A stretch of 64,000 nt of DNA from Nitrosopumilaceae archaeon (GTDB lineage Archaea > Thermoproteota > Nitrososphaeria > Nitrososphaerales > Nitrosopumilaceae). Position numbers and translations under genes: made by a program. Below are positions 1 through 10,117 of the stretch, piece by piece. Positions within the stretch are counted from its first letter, which is position 1. Each line of letters opens with the position of its first letter. Under the pieces are notes generated by a model, which worked only from the letters and a program-made list of their open reading frames with translations, ran no database searches and was not told the origin of the DNA. Location: contig CBDCCK010000002.1 of the NCBI GenBank assembly GCA_965214835.1, positions 2,304,001-2,368,000 on the forward strand, in the 5' to 3' direction.

Positions 1-80
1 GACTGTGCCGATCTGCAGGCAGCTTTGCTTGAACCGTTTCGAGTTTGGAGCCGTCTTATGGGGAACTTCTGGGAAGACTG
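1..80. mobile_element. Right part of a CAGT-ended (ISH3-type) MITE, cut by the window edge
   Basis: Ends in ACTTCTGGGAAGACTG; similar in reverse to the MITE at 1771-1891. Confidence 0.65.
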
Positions 81-196
81 GCCCAAGAGCCGAAGTAACC
101 TTGCCACGTATGAGGGCGTGTATGAGACTGGCTCAGAGTAGGCGGACAACAAAATGCCACATCAAGGGCGAATGGGAGTTTTCCGTTCAGTTGGGC
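81..196 (+). ncRNA. Putative IS110 bridge RNA, copy 1
   Basis: Closing stem GCCCAA/TTGGGC encloses two hairpins (GAGCC/GGCTC and GCGGA/TCCGT), each with a large internal loop and an inner GCC/GGC stem; directly upstream of an IS110 ORF start. Confidence 0.7.
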
Positions 197-228
197 ACAC
201 ACACTTTGATCAACAAGGAGGTGATGTA

Positions 229-331
229 ATGATCAACATCGGAATAGACGTTCATAAAAAGTCGTGCGTAGTAACCGTCAAGGACGATACTGCAAGGATC
301 CTGGAACAGACGGAGTTTTCCAACACGGCCG
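229..331 (+). pseudogene. IS110-family recombinase N-terminal fragment
   Basis: MINIGIDVHKK DEDD/RuvC start motif, GGAGGTG RBS upstream; truncated by the MITE at 332. Confidence 0.8.
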
Positions 332-442
332 GTAACAACTCGCATTCTGGAAGCCGTTCCAGACTTTAGGCACGAATGTGCTCGATCGGGGTTTTCGGGG
401 CGACAAAATCCACGCCTGAACTTTCAGAGCCCTAGCTGTTAC
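332..442 (-). mobile_element. 111-bp IS66-derived MITE (GTAACAGCTCGGGC family)
   Basis: GTAACA...TGTTAC termini; similar to copies at 36600, 41205 and 47081 and to the IS66 left end at 37805. Confidence 0.75.
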
Positions 443-467
443 CCGGTGTGGCTATGCGGGATGCAGT

Positions 468-1699
468 CTATGGTGGCTTTGTCCCAGCTGCCATGCCGCG
501 GTTCACTACGAGATCCTTGATGTCCCAGATAATCAGCTGGAATACTGCGGGCGGCAGATGCGGATCCTCAGCATGGGCGTCGTAACCGAAGTCGGCTAGG
601 GCCGCCTCCAGTATTTCGCGGTTTTTTGCGATTACAAAGTCCTCGCGTCTTAGCCGTGAGATCCCCTCCACCCAATTTTTTCCAGTCCGATCCGGATCTC
701 GTCTGCCAGGGCAAGAATCCGGCGGCGGATTGGGTCAAGGTGTGCATGAGGGTTGATTTTGAAGGCAATGCTGGTGCCACTGATCACGATCCACATGTTT
801 TCTGGCTGCATCACATACGGGGGTTGGATCTTTGCCTGTCAACCTCCATTTCCACTTGCAGATGTTTGGGCTCGGTTTAGCAAATCAGATCTTATCGTGC
901 CCACCTCCTTTTCAATTTCCCCGAATTTGGATCGTATTTTGTATGCGTATCCTTCCATTTCCATCAAGCCAGATCTTATGGCGCCTGCGCTCTTTTCTAA
1001 CTCCCTGAGCTTGGGTATTGCCAGATCAACCCACTTTTCCATTTCCACCTGGTCAGATCTTGCTGTGCCTAAAGGGGACGGTTTTTTGGTGATTTTATGA
1101 GACATCTCTCTCATCCTCTTGCACGCAGCACTTGCCATCTCGACCTCCCTTTCAATTTCATTATAATTGGACCTTCCCATCTTGATCGCCGCATTTATTT
1201 CCCTGAACCCGCTCCAAATTTTATTATAGTCAACTCTTAGTTTGTCTGCGATCTGTTCTACCACCGCGAAGACATCTTCCCTCATGCCTACATCCTCTCC
1301 CTTCTCAACGTCAGATCTTACCGAGTCTGAAAACTTTGCAAATTCCATTAATCTGTTCACTTCCATGTCTGTCATCTCTTTTATCTCATGTAGGTTGGCC
1401 CTTACTATTCCTGCATTCTTCTCTGCACTCTTAAAGTCAAATCTTGCCATGCCGGTATGTGATATTATTTCCTTAAAGTCAAGTCCTGCCCTGCCGGCAT
1501 CCCTTCTCATTTCCTTGATCCTTGATCTTATAACCTCGTTCTCTCCCCTCATCTCCTCAAACCCACTTCCAATTTTCTCAAAGTCAGATCCTGCCTTGCT
1601 GATCCCTTTTCCTATTTCCTCAAAGGCAGACTTTATTCTGCAAGATTTCTTCTCTATCTCCTTTATGGACTCGAGGTCTGATTTCTTGTTTTTTGGCAT
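468..1699 (-). pseudogene. Coiled-coil repeat protein, paralogue of 10118-11410, C-terminal part disrupted
   Basis: Likely start MPKNKKSDLESIKEIE at 1699; stop at 839 and a frameshift near 670, yet HLDPIRRRILALADEIR and REDFVIAKNREILEAAL match the paralogue. Confidence 0.75.
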
Positions 1700-1750
1700 A
1701 TGAAACCAGTTAAACACATTCAAATTAAAAACTATTTGGGGGTGTGGTTG

Positions 1751-1966
1751 GTAAGAGTTTACCTCCCCCTCAGTCTTCCCAGAAGTAACCCAGAAAACGG
1801 CCCCGGATTTGAAACAAATCAAATTATGATGCCTGCAGATTCGCCTGCCGTCGTCTGTACAGTCATGAATCACGTACTTCTGGGAAGACTGCCCCTGAGA
1901 TATAGCATGGTATGCGTGATCATGAAGGCTCCGGCCCGCAGTATCGCCCAGGGGGTAAGCTCTTAC
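1751..1966. mobile_element. IS66-derived MITE (GTAAGAGTTTACC family) containing a nested MITE
   Basis: TIR GTAAGAGTTTACC / GGGGTAAGCTCTTAC; degenerate flanking repeat TGTGGTTG/TGTGATCG; absent upstream of the paralogue near 11455. Confidence 0.8.
1771..1891. mobile_element. 121-bp ISH3-type MITE
   Basis: TIR CAGTCTTCCCAGAAGT / ACTTCTGGGAAGACTG with 5-bp duplication CCCCT. Confidence 0.85.
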
Positions 1967-2021
1967 TGTGATCGGGCAAGAGTTTGCCACTTGGCAACGC
2001 TGTCAATCAGGGCCTTTATGA

Positions 2022-2113
2022 TGTGTGAGGCCACGTCCACTTGCTGGCTCGGCATGAAAATCACAGCAACGCACAAGCTTGTGCCCGGTTGCTTGGGGAA
2101 GGTGACCTAGTGC
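2022..2113. repeat. Degenerate MITE of the GGCATGAAAATCA-core family
   Basis: Core shared with copies near 8580, 28935, 36800, 40850, 42569, 43036 and 56640. Confidence 0.5.
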
Positions 2114-2319
2114 CAGCAGGCTAACTTGAGATAATAATGCAAGAAGCCTACTGCAGTACGTCCACTAAACAATGGATGATAATACTGCCACACCGTGCCT
2201 ATTTTGACACAAGAATATTCGGTTTTTATCTATGCGTACTATGGAAGGCGAGTCATAATATCCACTACACGATCACATTGTACCGATTACGCAAAGCCTA
2301 CTGGTTGTTCAAGGGAGTG

Positions 2320-2805
2320 TTATTTTGCCGAGTCTGGAATGGAGATGTCCACGTAAAAGTCGGCATTTCTGTCCTGCTCCAGGGCGTTTTTGACGTTAAG
2401 AACTGTGGTAATTGAGACGTTTTTGTAGATCTCAAACCCGTCCATGGCCTCTACTACCTCCGCCGGTTTCCATGGAACCAGCATGTTCTGGATCTTGGCC
2501 CTGATCCTGTCCTCGTTGGGGTTCAGCTTGTGGGCAAACTTGTTCCTGATCTCGTTCATTATTCTTGCATTATAGTACAGCACGTCTGAGAGAAACCCCG
2601 TCCCGTGCAGCACCCTCAGCTTCAGGTCCGTCGAAAAGTAGGGCACGTCTAGGAGGTGAACCTGCCTTGGAAAGTACCTCTCGATTGCCAGATCCAAAAA
2701 GTGCTCCAAGTACAGGTGGGCCCTGATGAACAGGGTGACCTTCTTTTCGGCAGTCAGAACCTCCTTGATTATCTCGTCTGTAAGATCCTGCATGTCCTCA
2801 CTCAT
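2320..2805 (-). CDS. MtlR/HEPN-like hypothetical protein coupled to trpA
   Basis: 161 aa with AHLYLEHFL and IRNKFAH (RxxxxH) motifs; 4-bp overlap with trpA. Confidence 0.6.
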   Translation of the reverse strand: MSEDMQDLTDEIIKEVLTAEKKVTLFIRAHLYLEHFLDLAIERYFPRQVHLLDVPYFSTDLKLRVLHGTGFLSDVLYYNARIMNEIRNKFAHKLNPNEDRIRAKIQNMLVPWKPAEVVEAMDGFEIYKNVSITTVLNVKNALEQDRNADFYVDISIPDSAK

Positions 2806-3602
2806 CGCTTGGTCTCCTCTTTCAGGGCTTTTGTAAATGCAGCAACCTTTGACTCGATTTTTGCCTGCGGTGTCCTCTCAATCAACTTCAAAAACGCGCT
2901 TCCCACAATCACCGCATCGGCTCCAGCCGAGACATACCTCCTGACATCCTGCGGCGTCGCGACCCCGAATCCAACCCCTACCGGAATCCTGCCGCCCGTG
3001 GCCCTCTTGACGTCCCTGATTGCCCTGATCGTATATCTTTTCACCCCCGTCCTGAGGCCCGTCGTCCCGTATACTGCCACAAGGTACAAAAACCCCGATG
3101 ACGCCCCCGCGATCCTTTGAATTCTTGCCCTGTCTGTGTTTGGGGATACCAGGAAGATCGTGTCTGCCCGGTTCCCTGCGGCCTCTAGGTATTCTGCTGC
3201 CTCCTCTACCGGCATGTCTGGCAGGACAAACCCGTCAATTCCGGCCCTTGTTGCCTCCCTGATGAACCTCGAGTATCCCCTGCGGTACAAGATGTTGGTG
3301 TACGTCATCATGACCAGCGGAATGTCCGTCTGCCCCCTCACCCTTCTTACAAGCTCGAGGAACCTCTCCATCCCTGTACCGCCCTCCAGTGATGCAATGC
3401 CTGCGTTTTGAATCACCGGGCCGTCTGCCAGCGGGTCTGAGAACGGAAAGCCCAGCTCTATGATGTCTGCACCACCCCTGATGAGGCCGTTTATGGCCAA
3501 AACCGTGGCCCTTTGGCTGGGGTGGCCTGCCATGATGTATGAGATCAGCGCACACTCGTTGCGGGCAGACAGCTCCCCAAACTTGCTGCTAATTCTTGAC
3601 AT
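2802..3602 (-). CDS. trpA: Tryptophan synthase alpha subunit
   Basis: [22 protein letters not shown] and [10 protein letters not shown] motifs. Confidence 0.97.
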   Translation of the reverse strand: MSRISSKFGELSARNECALISYIMAGHPSQRATVLAINGLIRGGADIIELGFPFSDPLADGPVIQNAGIASLEGGTGMERFLELVRRVRGQTDIPLVMMTYTNILYRRGYSRFIREATRAGIDGFVLPDMPVEEAAEYLEAAGNRADTIFLVSPNTDRARIQRIAGASSGFLYLVAVYGTTGLRTGVKRYTIRAIRDVKRATGGRIPVGVGFGVATPQDVRRYVSAGADAVIVGSAFLKLIERTPQAKIESKVAAFTKALKEETKR

Positions 3603-4779
3603 TTTTGCCTAGGTACTCCTGTACAACCTCCACATCCTTGTCTCCCCTTCCCGACAGCGTGACTATTACCGATTCGGACTTTTTCCCCTTCCTGGCCACC
3701 TTGATTGCCTCTGCAATCGCATGCGATGACTCTAGGGCCGGTATGATTCCCTCCGTCTGCGCCAGCCTCAAAAACGCGCCTACGACCTCCCTGTCGGTGG
3801 CACTGCGGTATCTGACCCGGCCGGCGTCCTTGAGGTAGGCGTGCTCGGGCCCGACCCCCGGATAGTCGAGGCCTGCTGAAATGCTGTGCGTCTCCTTTAT
3901 CTGCCCCTCCTTGTTCTGCAGCAGGTACGTCATCATCCCGTGCAGGACTCCCATGCTTCCCGCAGACAGTGTGGCCGAGTGGTGCCCGCTTTTCAGTCCC
4001 CGGCCTGCGGCCTCCACACCTATGATCTGGGCATCCGTGTCTGCAAGCGGGTAAAACGTGCCGATTGCATTAGAGCCTCCACCCACGCATGCAATTACCG
4101 TGTCGGGGGTTCTTCCGGATGCGGCCTTTATCTGCGACTTTATCTCCCTCCCTATAATGCTTTGAAAGTCCCTGACCATCACCGGGTACGGGTGCGGGCC
4201 TACTGCGGAGCCCAGCATATAGTATGTTGATTTGACGTTTGTAATCCAGTCCCTTATTGCCTCATTGATTGCGTCCTTTAGGGTCTGGGAGCCTGACTTT
4301 ACCGGATGAACCCTTGATCCCAGCAGGTTCATTCTAAAGACGTTGAGCTTTTGCCGCATGGTGTCCCTGTAGCCCATGTATACCTCGGCCCTCGTGCCAA
4401 GTGCCGCACATGCCATTGCGGCAGCCACCCCGTGCTGCCCCGCACCCGTCTCTGCAATGATGCGCTTTTTCCCCATCCTCCTGGCAAGCAGCGCCTGGCC
4501 CAGGGTGTTGTTGATCTTGTGCGCACCCCCGTGGAGCAGGTCCTCCCTTTTGAGGTAGATCCTGGCCCCGCCTAGCTGCTCTGAGAGGTTTTTTGCATAG
4601 TACAGCGGCGTGGGCCGTCCTGCGTATTCTCGCAGGTAATAGTCTAGCTCCCGCCTGAACCCCTCGTCGCCTTTGATCCTCAGATAGCTCTCCTCCAGCT
4701 CCTCGATTGCCGGGACCAGAGTTTCTGGAATGTACCTTCCCCCAAACTCACCGAACTTTCCGTTTTTAGGATATCTCAA
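3589..4779 (-). CDS. trpB: Tryptophan synthase beta subunit
   Basis: [15 protein letters not shown] (PLP lysine), [22 protein letters not shown]. Confidence 0.98.
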   Translation of the reverse strand: MRYPKNGKFGEFGGRYIPETLVPAIEELEESYLRIKGDEGFRRELDYYLREYAGRPTPLYYAKNLSEQLGGARIYLKREDLLHGGAHKINNTLGQALLARRMGKKRIIAETGAGQHGVAAAMACAALGTRAEVYMGYRDTMRQKLNVFRMNLLGSRVHPVKSGSQTLKDAINEAIRDWITNVKSTYYMLGSAVGPHPYPVMVRDFQSIIGREIKSQIKAASGRTPDTVIACVGGGSNAIGTFYPLADTDAQIIGVEAAGRGLKSGHHSATLSAGSMGVLHGMMTYLLQNKEGQIKETHSISAGLDYPGVGPEHAYLKDAGRVRYRSATDREVVGAFLRLAQTEGIIPALESSHAIAEAIKVARKGKKSESVIVTLSGRGDKDVEVVQEYLGKNVKN

Positions 4780-5552
4780 TACGCATTCACCAGCCTTTTC
4801 ACGAATTCTTCGATATTATCGCTTTTCATTATGCTTGAGCCTGCCAGGAACGCATCGGCACCGCATCCTTTGAGGTACCGGATGTCCTCAGGAGTCCTGA
4901 TTCCACTCTCCGATAAAACAGGCCTGGTTTTGCCAAACCCCGAAAGGACTCGCTCCGTAGTCCTTAGATCTACCTCTAGCGTGTCAAGATCCCTGTTGTT
5001 TATCCCGATCAGGTCTGCCTCGGTTTTTAGCGCATTTTCCAGTTCTGACCTTGTGTGAACCTCAAGTAAGACCCCCAGCCCCCTCTTGTGCACATAGCCT
5101 ACAAACTCGTCAACCTCACTGAGATGGCCCCTGTCAAACAGTGACTGTATCAGCAGGATATAGTCTGCCCCGATTTTTTGCCCCGCATCAATCTGGGCCC
5201 TGTCTATGACGATGTCCTTCATCAGCAGCGGGACGTCGACTGCATCTCTGGCCCTCAGAAAGTATTGCGGCGAGCCGTTGAACAGGTGTGGTTGCGTGAG
5301 GACAGACAGCGCCTTGGCGCCCCCCCTGACCATCTGGTTTGCAATGCTTGCCGGATCTGATGCCGTACGAATCTTGCCAAGCGAGGGGGATGAGAATTTT
5401 ACCTCCGCTATCAGCGTGGCGTGCGGGTTTGTACTGATTGAATGCAGCAGATCGTGGCCGGATCCCTCCCTGTTTGCGTCAACCTCATAGGTGCCGTCGT
5501 CTATGGCTGCCTGCGAGTTGTTTACCAGCCTTTTTAGTACGTCTCTAGCCAT
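4776..5552 (-). CDS. trpC: Indole-3-glycerol phosphate synthase
   Basis: [20 protein letters not shown] and SESGI motifs. Confidence 0.96.
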   Translation of the reverse strand: MARDVLKRLVNNSQAAIDDGTYEVDANREGSGHDLLHSISTNPHATLIAEVKFSSPSLGKIRTASDPASIANQMVRGGAKALSVLTQPHLFNGSPQYFLRARDAVDVPLLMKDIVIDRAQIDAGQKIGADYILLIQSLFDRGHLSEVDEFVGYVHKRGLGVLLEVHTRSELENALKTEADLIGINNRDLDTLEVDLRTTERVLSGFGKTRPVLSESGIRTPEDIRYLKGCGADAFLAGSSIMKSDNIEEFVKRLVNAY

Positions 5553-6591
5553 CTGTCATCTCCCTCAGTCTTGCAACATCCCCCGTGTCCTGCACAAATC
5601 CCTCCAGGGTTTTGAATGCTTTGCCGTCCCTGATGGCAGACAGCGCAGTCTCTACTGCCTCCTCAAAGCTGTCTGCAATGCCTGCGACAATCAGCCCCCC
5701 CGCCGCATTGAGCGCAGTCGTCTCGATCATTGCCCGGTTTGCCGTGTTGTCTAGTACCCCCACAAAGGACTCTACGGCCTGCTGCCCCGTCTCAATCCGG
5801 ATGTCACTCAGGGACGATCTGTGCAGCCCAACGGCCTCTGGATCAACCGTACTTGTCGTCACCTTGCCGTTTCTTAGCACCGCAACCCGGTTAACGGCGC
5901 TAGTTGAGAACTCGTCCATTCCGTCATCTGATCTGACTGTCATGACGCTTTGTGCCCCCCTCTGCCTTAGTAGCAGGGGCAGCCTTTCTAGAAGGTCTGT
6001 GGAGGATACCCCGACCAGCTGGTTTTTTACCCGTGCAGGATTAGACAGCGGGCCCAGCAGGTTAAACGCCGTTCTTCTGCCCAGCTGCCTTCTTGCCGAG
6101 AATACGTGTCTCATTGCCGGGTGGAATTTTTGCGCAAACATAAAGCATATCCCGTGTCTGTCCAGGATGTCTGCGATTTGCGACGGCTCCTGACTCAGAT
6201 CATATCCAAAGTACTCAAAAATGTCCGCACTGCCTGAGACGCCGGAGCTGGAGCGATTCCCGTGCTTTGCAACGGTTCCTCCTGCGGCGGCGACTACGAA
6301 CGAGGCCGTTGTGGATACATTAAACGTCTGAAGCATGTCCCCACCTGTACCGCACATGTCAATCGGCGTATCATGCGTCCTGGGCCTGACCTCTAGTGAG
6401 AACTCCTGCATCTTATCGAGCATTCCCAGCAATTCCTCATCTGTCTCCCCCTTTGCAGTCAGCGCGCCTAGAAAATCGATGTTTTCCCGCTCTGACGTAT
6501 TTCCAGACAGCATCTCTTCCATGGCCGAGCTTGTCTGCTCGCGGGTCAGATCGGCCCCCCTCTGAAGCCTTAAAGCCAGCTCTGCAATCAC
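5545..6591 (-). CDS. trpD: Anthranilate phosphoribosyltransferase
   Basis: DMCGTGGD, FNVST, KHGNRSSS, FNLLGPLSNP. Confidence 0.97.
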   Translation of the reverse strand: MIAELALRLQRGADLTREQTSSAMEEMLSGNTSERENIDFLGALTAKGETDEELLGMLDKMQEFSLEVRPRTHDTPIDMCGTGGDMLQTFNVSTTASFVVAAAGGTVAKHGNRSSSGVSGSADIFEYFGYDLSQEPSQIADILDRHGICFMFAQKFHPAMRHVFSARRQLGRRTAFNLLGPLSNPARVKNQLVGVSSTDLLERLPLLLRQRGAQSVMTVRSDDGMDEFSTSAVNRVAVLRNGKVTTSTVDPEAVGLHRSSLSDIRIETGQQAVESFVGVLDNTANRAMIETTALNAAGGLIVAGIADSFEEAVETALSAIRDGKAFKTLEGFVQDTGDVARLREMTDG

Positions 6592-7178
6592 TGCCTTCTC
6601 ACCTGCTCAATAAAGTTCGAGAGGATCCTCTTTCCGTCCTGGGTCATTATTGACTCTGGGTGAAACTGAACCCCCTCGATCAGGTACTTTTTGTGCCGGA
6701 TGGCCATTATCTCCCCGTCATCTGACGCCGTTGCGGTGACCTCCAGGGCGTCTGGAACCACCGTTTTGTCACCTACTAGGGAGTGATACCTGGTGGCTCT
6801 GAATGGGTTCCTCACCCCACGGAATAGTCTGCCGTCCTTGTGCTCTACGGGACTGGTCTTTCCGTGCCTTACGCATCCTGCATTTGTCACCCTGCCACCG
6901 AACGCGTGAATGATGCCCTGGTGCCCCAGGCATACTCCTAGTACCGGCTTTGAGGGCCCAATCTCCCTTATCACGTCGCTGCAGACGCCAAAGTACTTTT
7001 TGTCTTCGGGGGTTCCCGGACCCGGGGAGATGATTATCGCATCGTAATTTCTGGCCCTGATGTCCCCCAATGTGACTTTGTCGTTCCTGATTACGTCGCT
7101 TTTTACTCCCAGCTCCCCCAGATACTGCGCTATGTTGTATACGAATGAATCATAGTTGTCAATGATCAGGAACCTCAT
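6588..7178 (-). CDS. trpG: Anthranilate synthase component II
   Basis: IIDNYDSF, SPGPG, GVCLGHQ, QFHPES. Confidence 0.96.
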   Translation of the reverse strand: MRFLIIDNYDSFVYNIAQYLGELGVKSDVIRNDKVTLGDIRARNYDAIIISPGPGTPEDKKYFGVCSDVIREIGPSKPVLGVCLGHQGIIHAFGGRVTNAGCVRHGKTSPVEHKDGRLFRGVRNPFRATRYHSLVGDKTVVPDALEVTATASDDGEIMAIRHKKYLIEGVQFHPESIMTQDGKRILSNFIEQVRRQ

Positions 7179-8527
7179 GACGCCGCCTCCCTGACTGCCT
7201 GGATCATTGCACCTGCCTTGTGCTCTGTTTCCTTGAACTCGTTTTCAGGGACCGAGTCCGATACTATTCCAGCACCTGACTGGACGTACCCCCTTGTACC
7301 GTCGATGAATATGCTCCGGATTGCAATTGCAAAATCACAGCATCCGTTAAATGAAAAGTATCCAACTGCCCCCGCATAGGCTCCCCGTGATTCCGGCTCT
7401 AGCTCGTCAATTATCTCCATGGCCCTGACCTTGGGTGCGCCAGATACCGTTCCTGCAGGAAACACTGCCTTGAAGGCATCAAACATGTCTTTTTGGGAGT
7501 CAAGCGTGCCTGCGACATGCGTGACGATGTGCTGAACGTGGCTGAACCGCTTGATCTGCATCAACTCCTCTGTGTGTACGGTGCCGTACCTGCATACCCT
7601 GCCTATGTCGTTTCTCCCCAAATCCACCAGCATGGTGTGCTCTGCCAGCTCCTTTTCATCACGCAGCAGCTCCTCTGCCAGCTCCCGGTTTGTTTTTTCA
7701 TCGGCTGTGATCTTTTTTGTCCCTGCAATTGGGAATGTCTCTACCCTGTCTTGCGTGATTCGAACAAGCATCTCGGGGGATGCCCCGATTATTGTCCTGT
7801 CCCCGTGATTGAGGTGATACATGTATGGCGAGGGATTGAGATCTCGCAGCGTTTTGTACAGTGTTAGTTTGTCGCCACCTGCCTCGAACTCAAACCTGCG
7901 GGACAGGACAACCTGAAAAACATCCCCGTCATGAACATACTGCTTTGCCCTTTGCACGATTCTTGAAAATTTGGATTCGTCCATGTTTGGCTTGATTTCA
8001 GTTGAGGTAAAACCCCCAAACCCTTCCTCTGAAATCTTAAACCGATCAAAGCGGTTCTCCTCATAGTAAAAGTAGAACAGCTTTTCATGTATGTTGTCAT
8101 AAAGGATTCCGTCATCATAAATCCCGAACTCCATCAGGGGTTCCGGGGCGTTATGCCGGTTTGGGATGTCCTCGACAAGCCTGATTGAGTCATAGCATAC
8201 CACTCCTACTGCCCCTCCAAGATACCGGTATGACTGATCACCGTTGCTTCCTAGCAGTTTTTTTAGCTCTGAAAACGGATCCTTTGTGGGAACCGTTTCT
8301 GTGTTTTCTTCACTGTCAATGATCTCCACCCTGTCAGAGTACCCCCTTAGTACTATCTTGGGATCAAATCCCATCACCGAGGTCTCTGCAAGCTTTTCAG
8401 GGCCGGTCAGGGATTCAAAGAGAAACGAGTGTGAATAGTTTCGCGATATCTTGTTGTAGATTTGAAATTGGTTTTCAGACAGGTCTAGGGGCACTATTTT
8501 CGGCTGAGAGCTTCCAAAGGCGTCCAC
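7175..8527 (-). CDS. trpE: Anthranilate synthase component I
   Basis: GDVFQVVLS, KELAEHTMLVDLGRND, FPAGTVSGAPK. Confidence 0.96.
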   Translation of the reverse strand: MDAFGSSQPKIVPLDLSENQFQIYNKISRNYSHSFLFESLTGPEKLAETSVMGFDPKIVLRGYSDRVEIIDSEENTETVPTKDPFSELKKLLGSNGDQSYRYLGGAVGVVCYDSIRLVEDIPNRHNAPEPLMEFGIYDDGILYDNIHEKLFYFYYEENRFDRFKISEEGFGGFTSTEIKPNMDESKFSRIVQRAKQYVHDGDVFQVVLSRRFEFEAGGDKLTLYKTLRDLNPSPYMYHLNHGDRTIIGASPEMLVRITQDRVETFPIAGTKKITADEKTNRELAEELLRDEKELAEHTMLVDLGRNDIGRVCRYGTVHTEELMQIKRFSHVQHIVTHVAGTLDSQKDMFDAFKAVFPAGTVSGAPKVRAMEIIDELEPESRGAYAGAVGYFSFNGCCDFAIAIRSIFIDGTRGYVQSGAGIVSDSVPENEFKETEHKAGAMIQAVREAAS

Positions 8528-8577
8528 CCATAACCGAGACTCTAGTTGAATGTTATTTAAGTTGTAGCTCGCCGAGT

Positions 8578-8673
8578 TGTGAGGCCACGCTCCCCCAACC
8601 TAGGCTAGGCATGAAAACCACGGCTGCATGCAGCTCGTGGCCGATTTCAAGGGGGATGAAGGAAATCCCGTAC
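8578..8673. repeat. Degenerate MITE of the GGCATGAAAA-core family upstream of trpE
   Basis: TGTGAGGCCACG...GGCATGAAAACCAC resembles 2022-2113. Confidence 0.45.
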
Positions 8674-8704
8674 GCTGAATTTTGAGGTCTGAGCCAGTTA
8701 CCGT

Positions 8705-8911
8705 ATGGTACGGTACCTTTATATCATATTTGATCGTACGTATGGCATGCAAAATACAGTATCTATTAGGAGAACAGTCCCAAGATCCTCTGCTCGCGAG
8801 GTTGGCTGCGATGTCTGCGGGAGGGGATTGGAGGATGGATTTTCAGTTACCGCAAAATCACTGCGAAACGGCACCGCAATGTTTTGTGACATTCATTATG
8901 AGATGCAATAA
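8705..8911 (+). CDS. Small putative zinc-binding protein
   Basis: CDVC...FCDIH motif; start may be the internal Met (MQNTV). Confidence 0.55.
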   Translation: MVRYLYIIFDRTYGMQNTVSIRRTVPRSSAREVGCDVCGRGLEDGFSVTAKSLRNGTAMFCDIHYEMQ

Positions 8912-8936
8912 ATAACTAAGACTAGTCCAACGTGCA

Positions 8937-10025
8937 ATGGATGATCTCTACCGACTTCTTCCGGAGGAAATGGAGGACATGGTAACCAGCATGGGCGAGA
9001 GGAGGTTCCGTGCTGATCAGATACTGCTTCCCCTGTATTACAAGTATACCGAAAAAATCGGAGACATAAGGCAGCTGTCCAAGACCTTTCGCGAGGAGCT
9101 AGCGGGCAGGGGCTATACCATCGGCTCTGCAAGAGAAACCCACCGCATTGTCAGCGAGGACGGACGTACCGTAAAGTCGCTGCTTGAGCTGCCCGACGGG
9201 GCCCCTGTCGAGACCGTCCTGATGCAGTACGACCCCGGCTCTATCCTGGAAAAGCATCCCCGGTCCACCGTCTGTGTGTCCACCCAGGTGGGGTGTGCGA
9301 TGGGATGCGTGTTCTGTGCCACCGGGCAAATGGGGTTTGGCAGGCAGATGAGGGCCGAGGAGATCATCTCCCAGGTAATCCATTTTGCAAAAATCCTCAA
9401 GGAGAAAGGACAGCATGTCACGAACCTGGTATTCATGGGCATGGGCGAGCCCCTTGCAAACTATGACGAAACGGTACGCGCAATCAGAATCCTGACACAT
9501 CCAAGGGGGTACGGGATGGGGCAGCGGCACATTACCGTCTCGACGATCGGGCTGGTTCCTGCAATCGACAGGCTTGCAGACGAGGATCTTCAGATCGGGC
9601 TGGCCATTTCGCTGCATGCCCCCGGCGACGAGCTTCGGAGAAGGCTGGTCCCAACCGCCCGCCCAAGCTCCGTCTCCGAGCTGGTGTCTGCCGGAGTGCG
9701 GTATTTCAAAAAAACCGGGCGCCGTGTAACCATCGAGTATGCCCTGATTGCCGGCGTAAATGACGCCCCTAGAACTGCAAGAGAGCTGGCAGAACTGCTC
9801 AAGGGAAACGGATTCCATGTTAATCTGATACCGCTGAATCCAACTGCAGGTGACTTTTCAAGGCCTGTACGAAAAAGAGTGCTAGAGTTTGAAAAAATCC
9901 TACAGGCTGCAGGCGTGAACTGTACCGTTAGGGTGGAAAAGGGCAGTGAGATTGCCGCCGCATGTGGCCAGCTCCGAACGGATGCCGCAAGTCGGCAAAA
10001 ACCCGGCAGTGCTCACCCGGCCTGA
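8937..10025 (+). CDS. rlmN: RlmN-family radical SAM RNA C2-methyltransferase
   Basis: TVCVSTQVGCAMGCVFCATG (CxxxCxxC), VFMGMGEP, ISLHA, C-terminal AACGQL. Confidence 0.92.
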   Translation: MDDLYRLLPEEMEDMVTSMGERRFRADQILLPLYYKYTEKIGDIRQLSKTFREELAGRGYTIGSARETHRIVSEDGRTVKSLLELPDGAPVETVLMQYDPGSILEKHPRSTVCVSTQVGCAMGCVFCATGQMGFGRQMRAEEIISQVIHFAKILKEKGQHVTNLVFMGMGEPLANYDETVRAIRILTHPRGYGMGQRHITVSTIGLVPAIDRLADEDLQIGLAISLHAPGDELRRRLVPTARPSSVSELVSAGVRYFKKTGRRVTIEYALIAGVNDAPRTARELAELLKGNGFHVNLIPLNPTAGDFSRPVRKRVLEFEKILQAAGVNCTVRVEKGSEIAAACGQLRTDAASRQKPGSAHPA

Positions 10026-10117
10026 TCACCGGCAAAGCCTGGACAGAAGCGGGGGCTGCTGTACCAAGGCAATCCAACAATGCAGACGGCAGATGCGGGA
10101 TGGCCCCTGACACCTCA

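Noticed and set aside
1700-1990. N-terminal extension of ORF 839-1990
   Set aside because: Runs through nested MITEs; the paralogue supports a start at 1699
2802-8527. Absence of trpF from the trp operon
   Set aside because: As I recall this is usual for Nitrosopumilus-like operons, and the function may be encoded elsewhere
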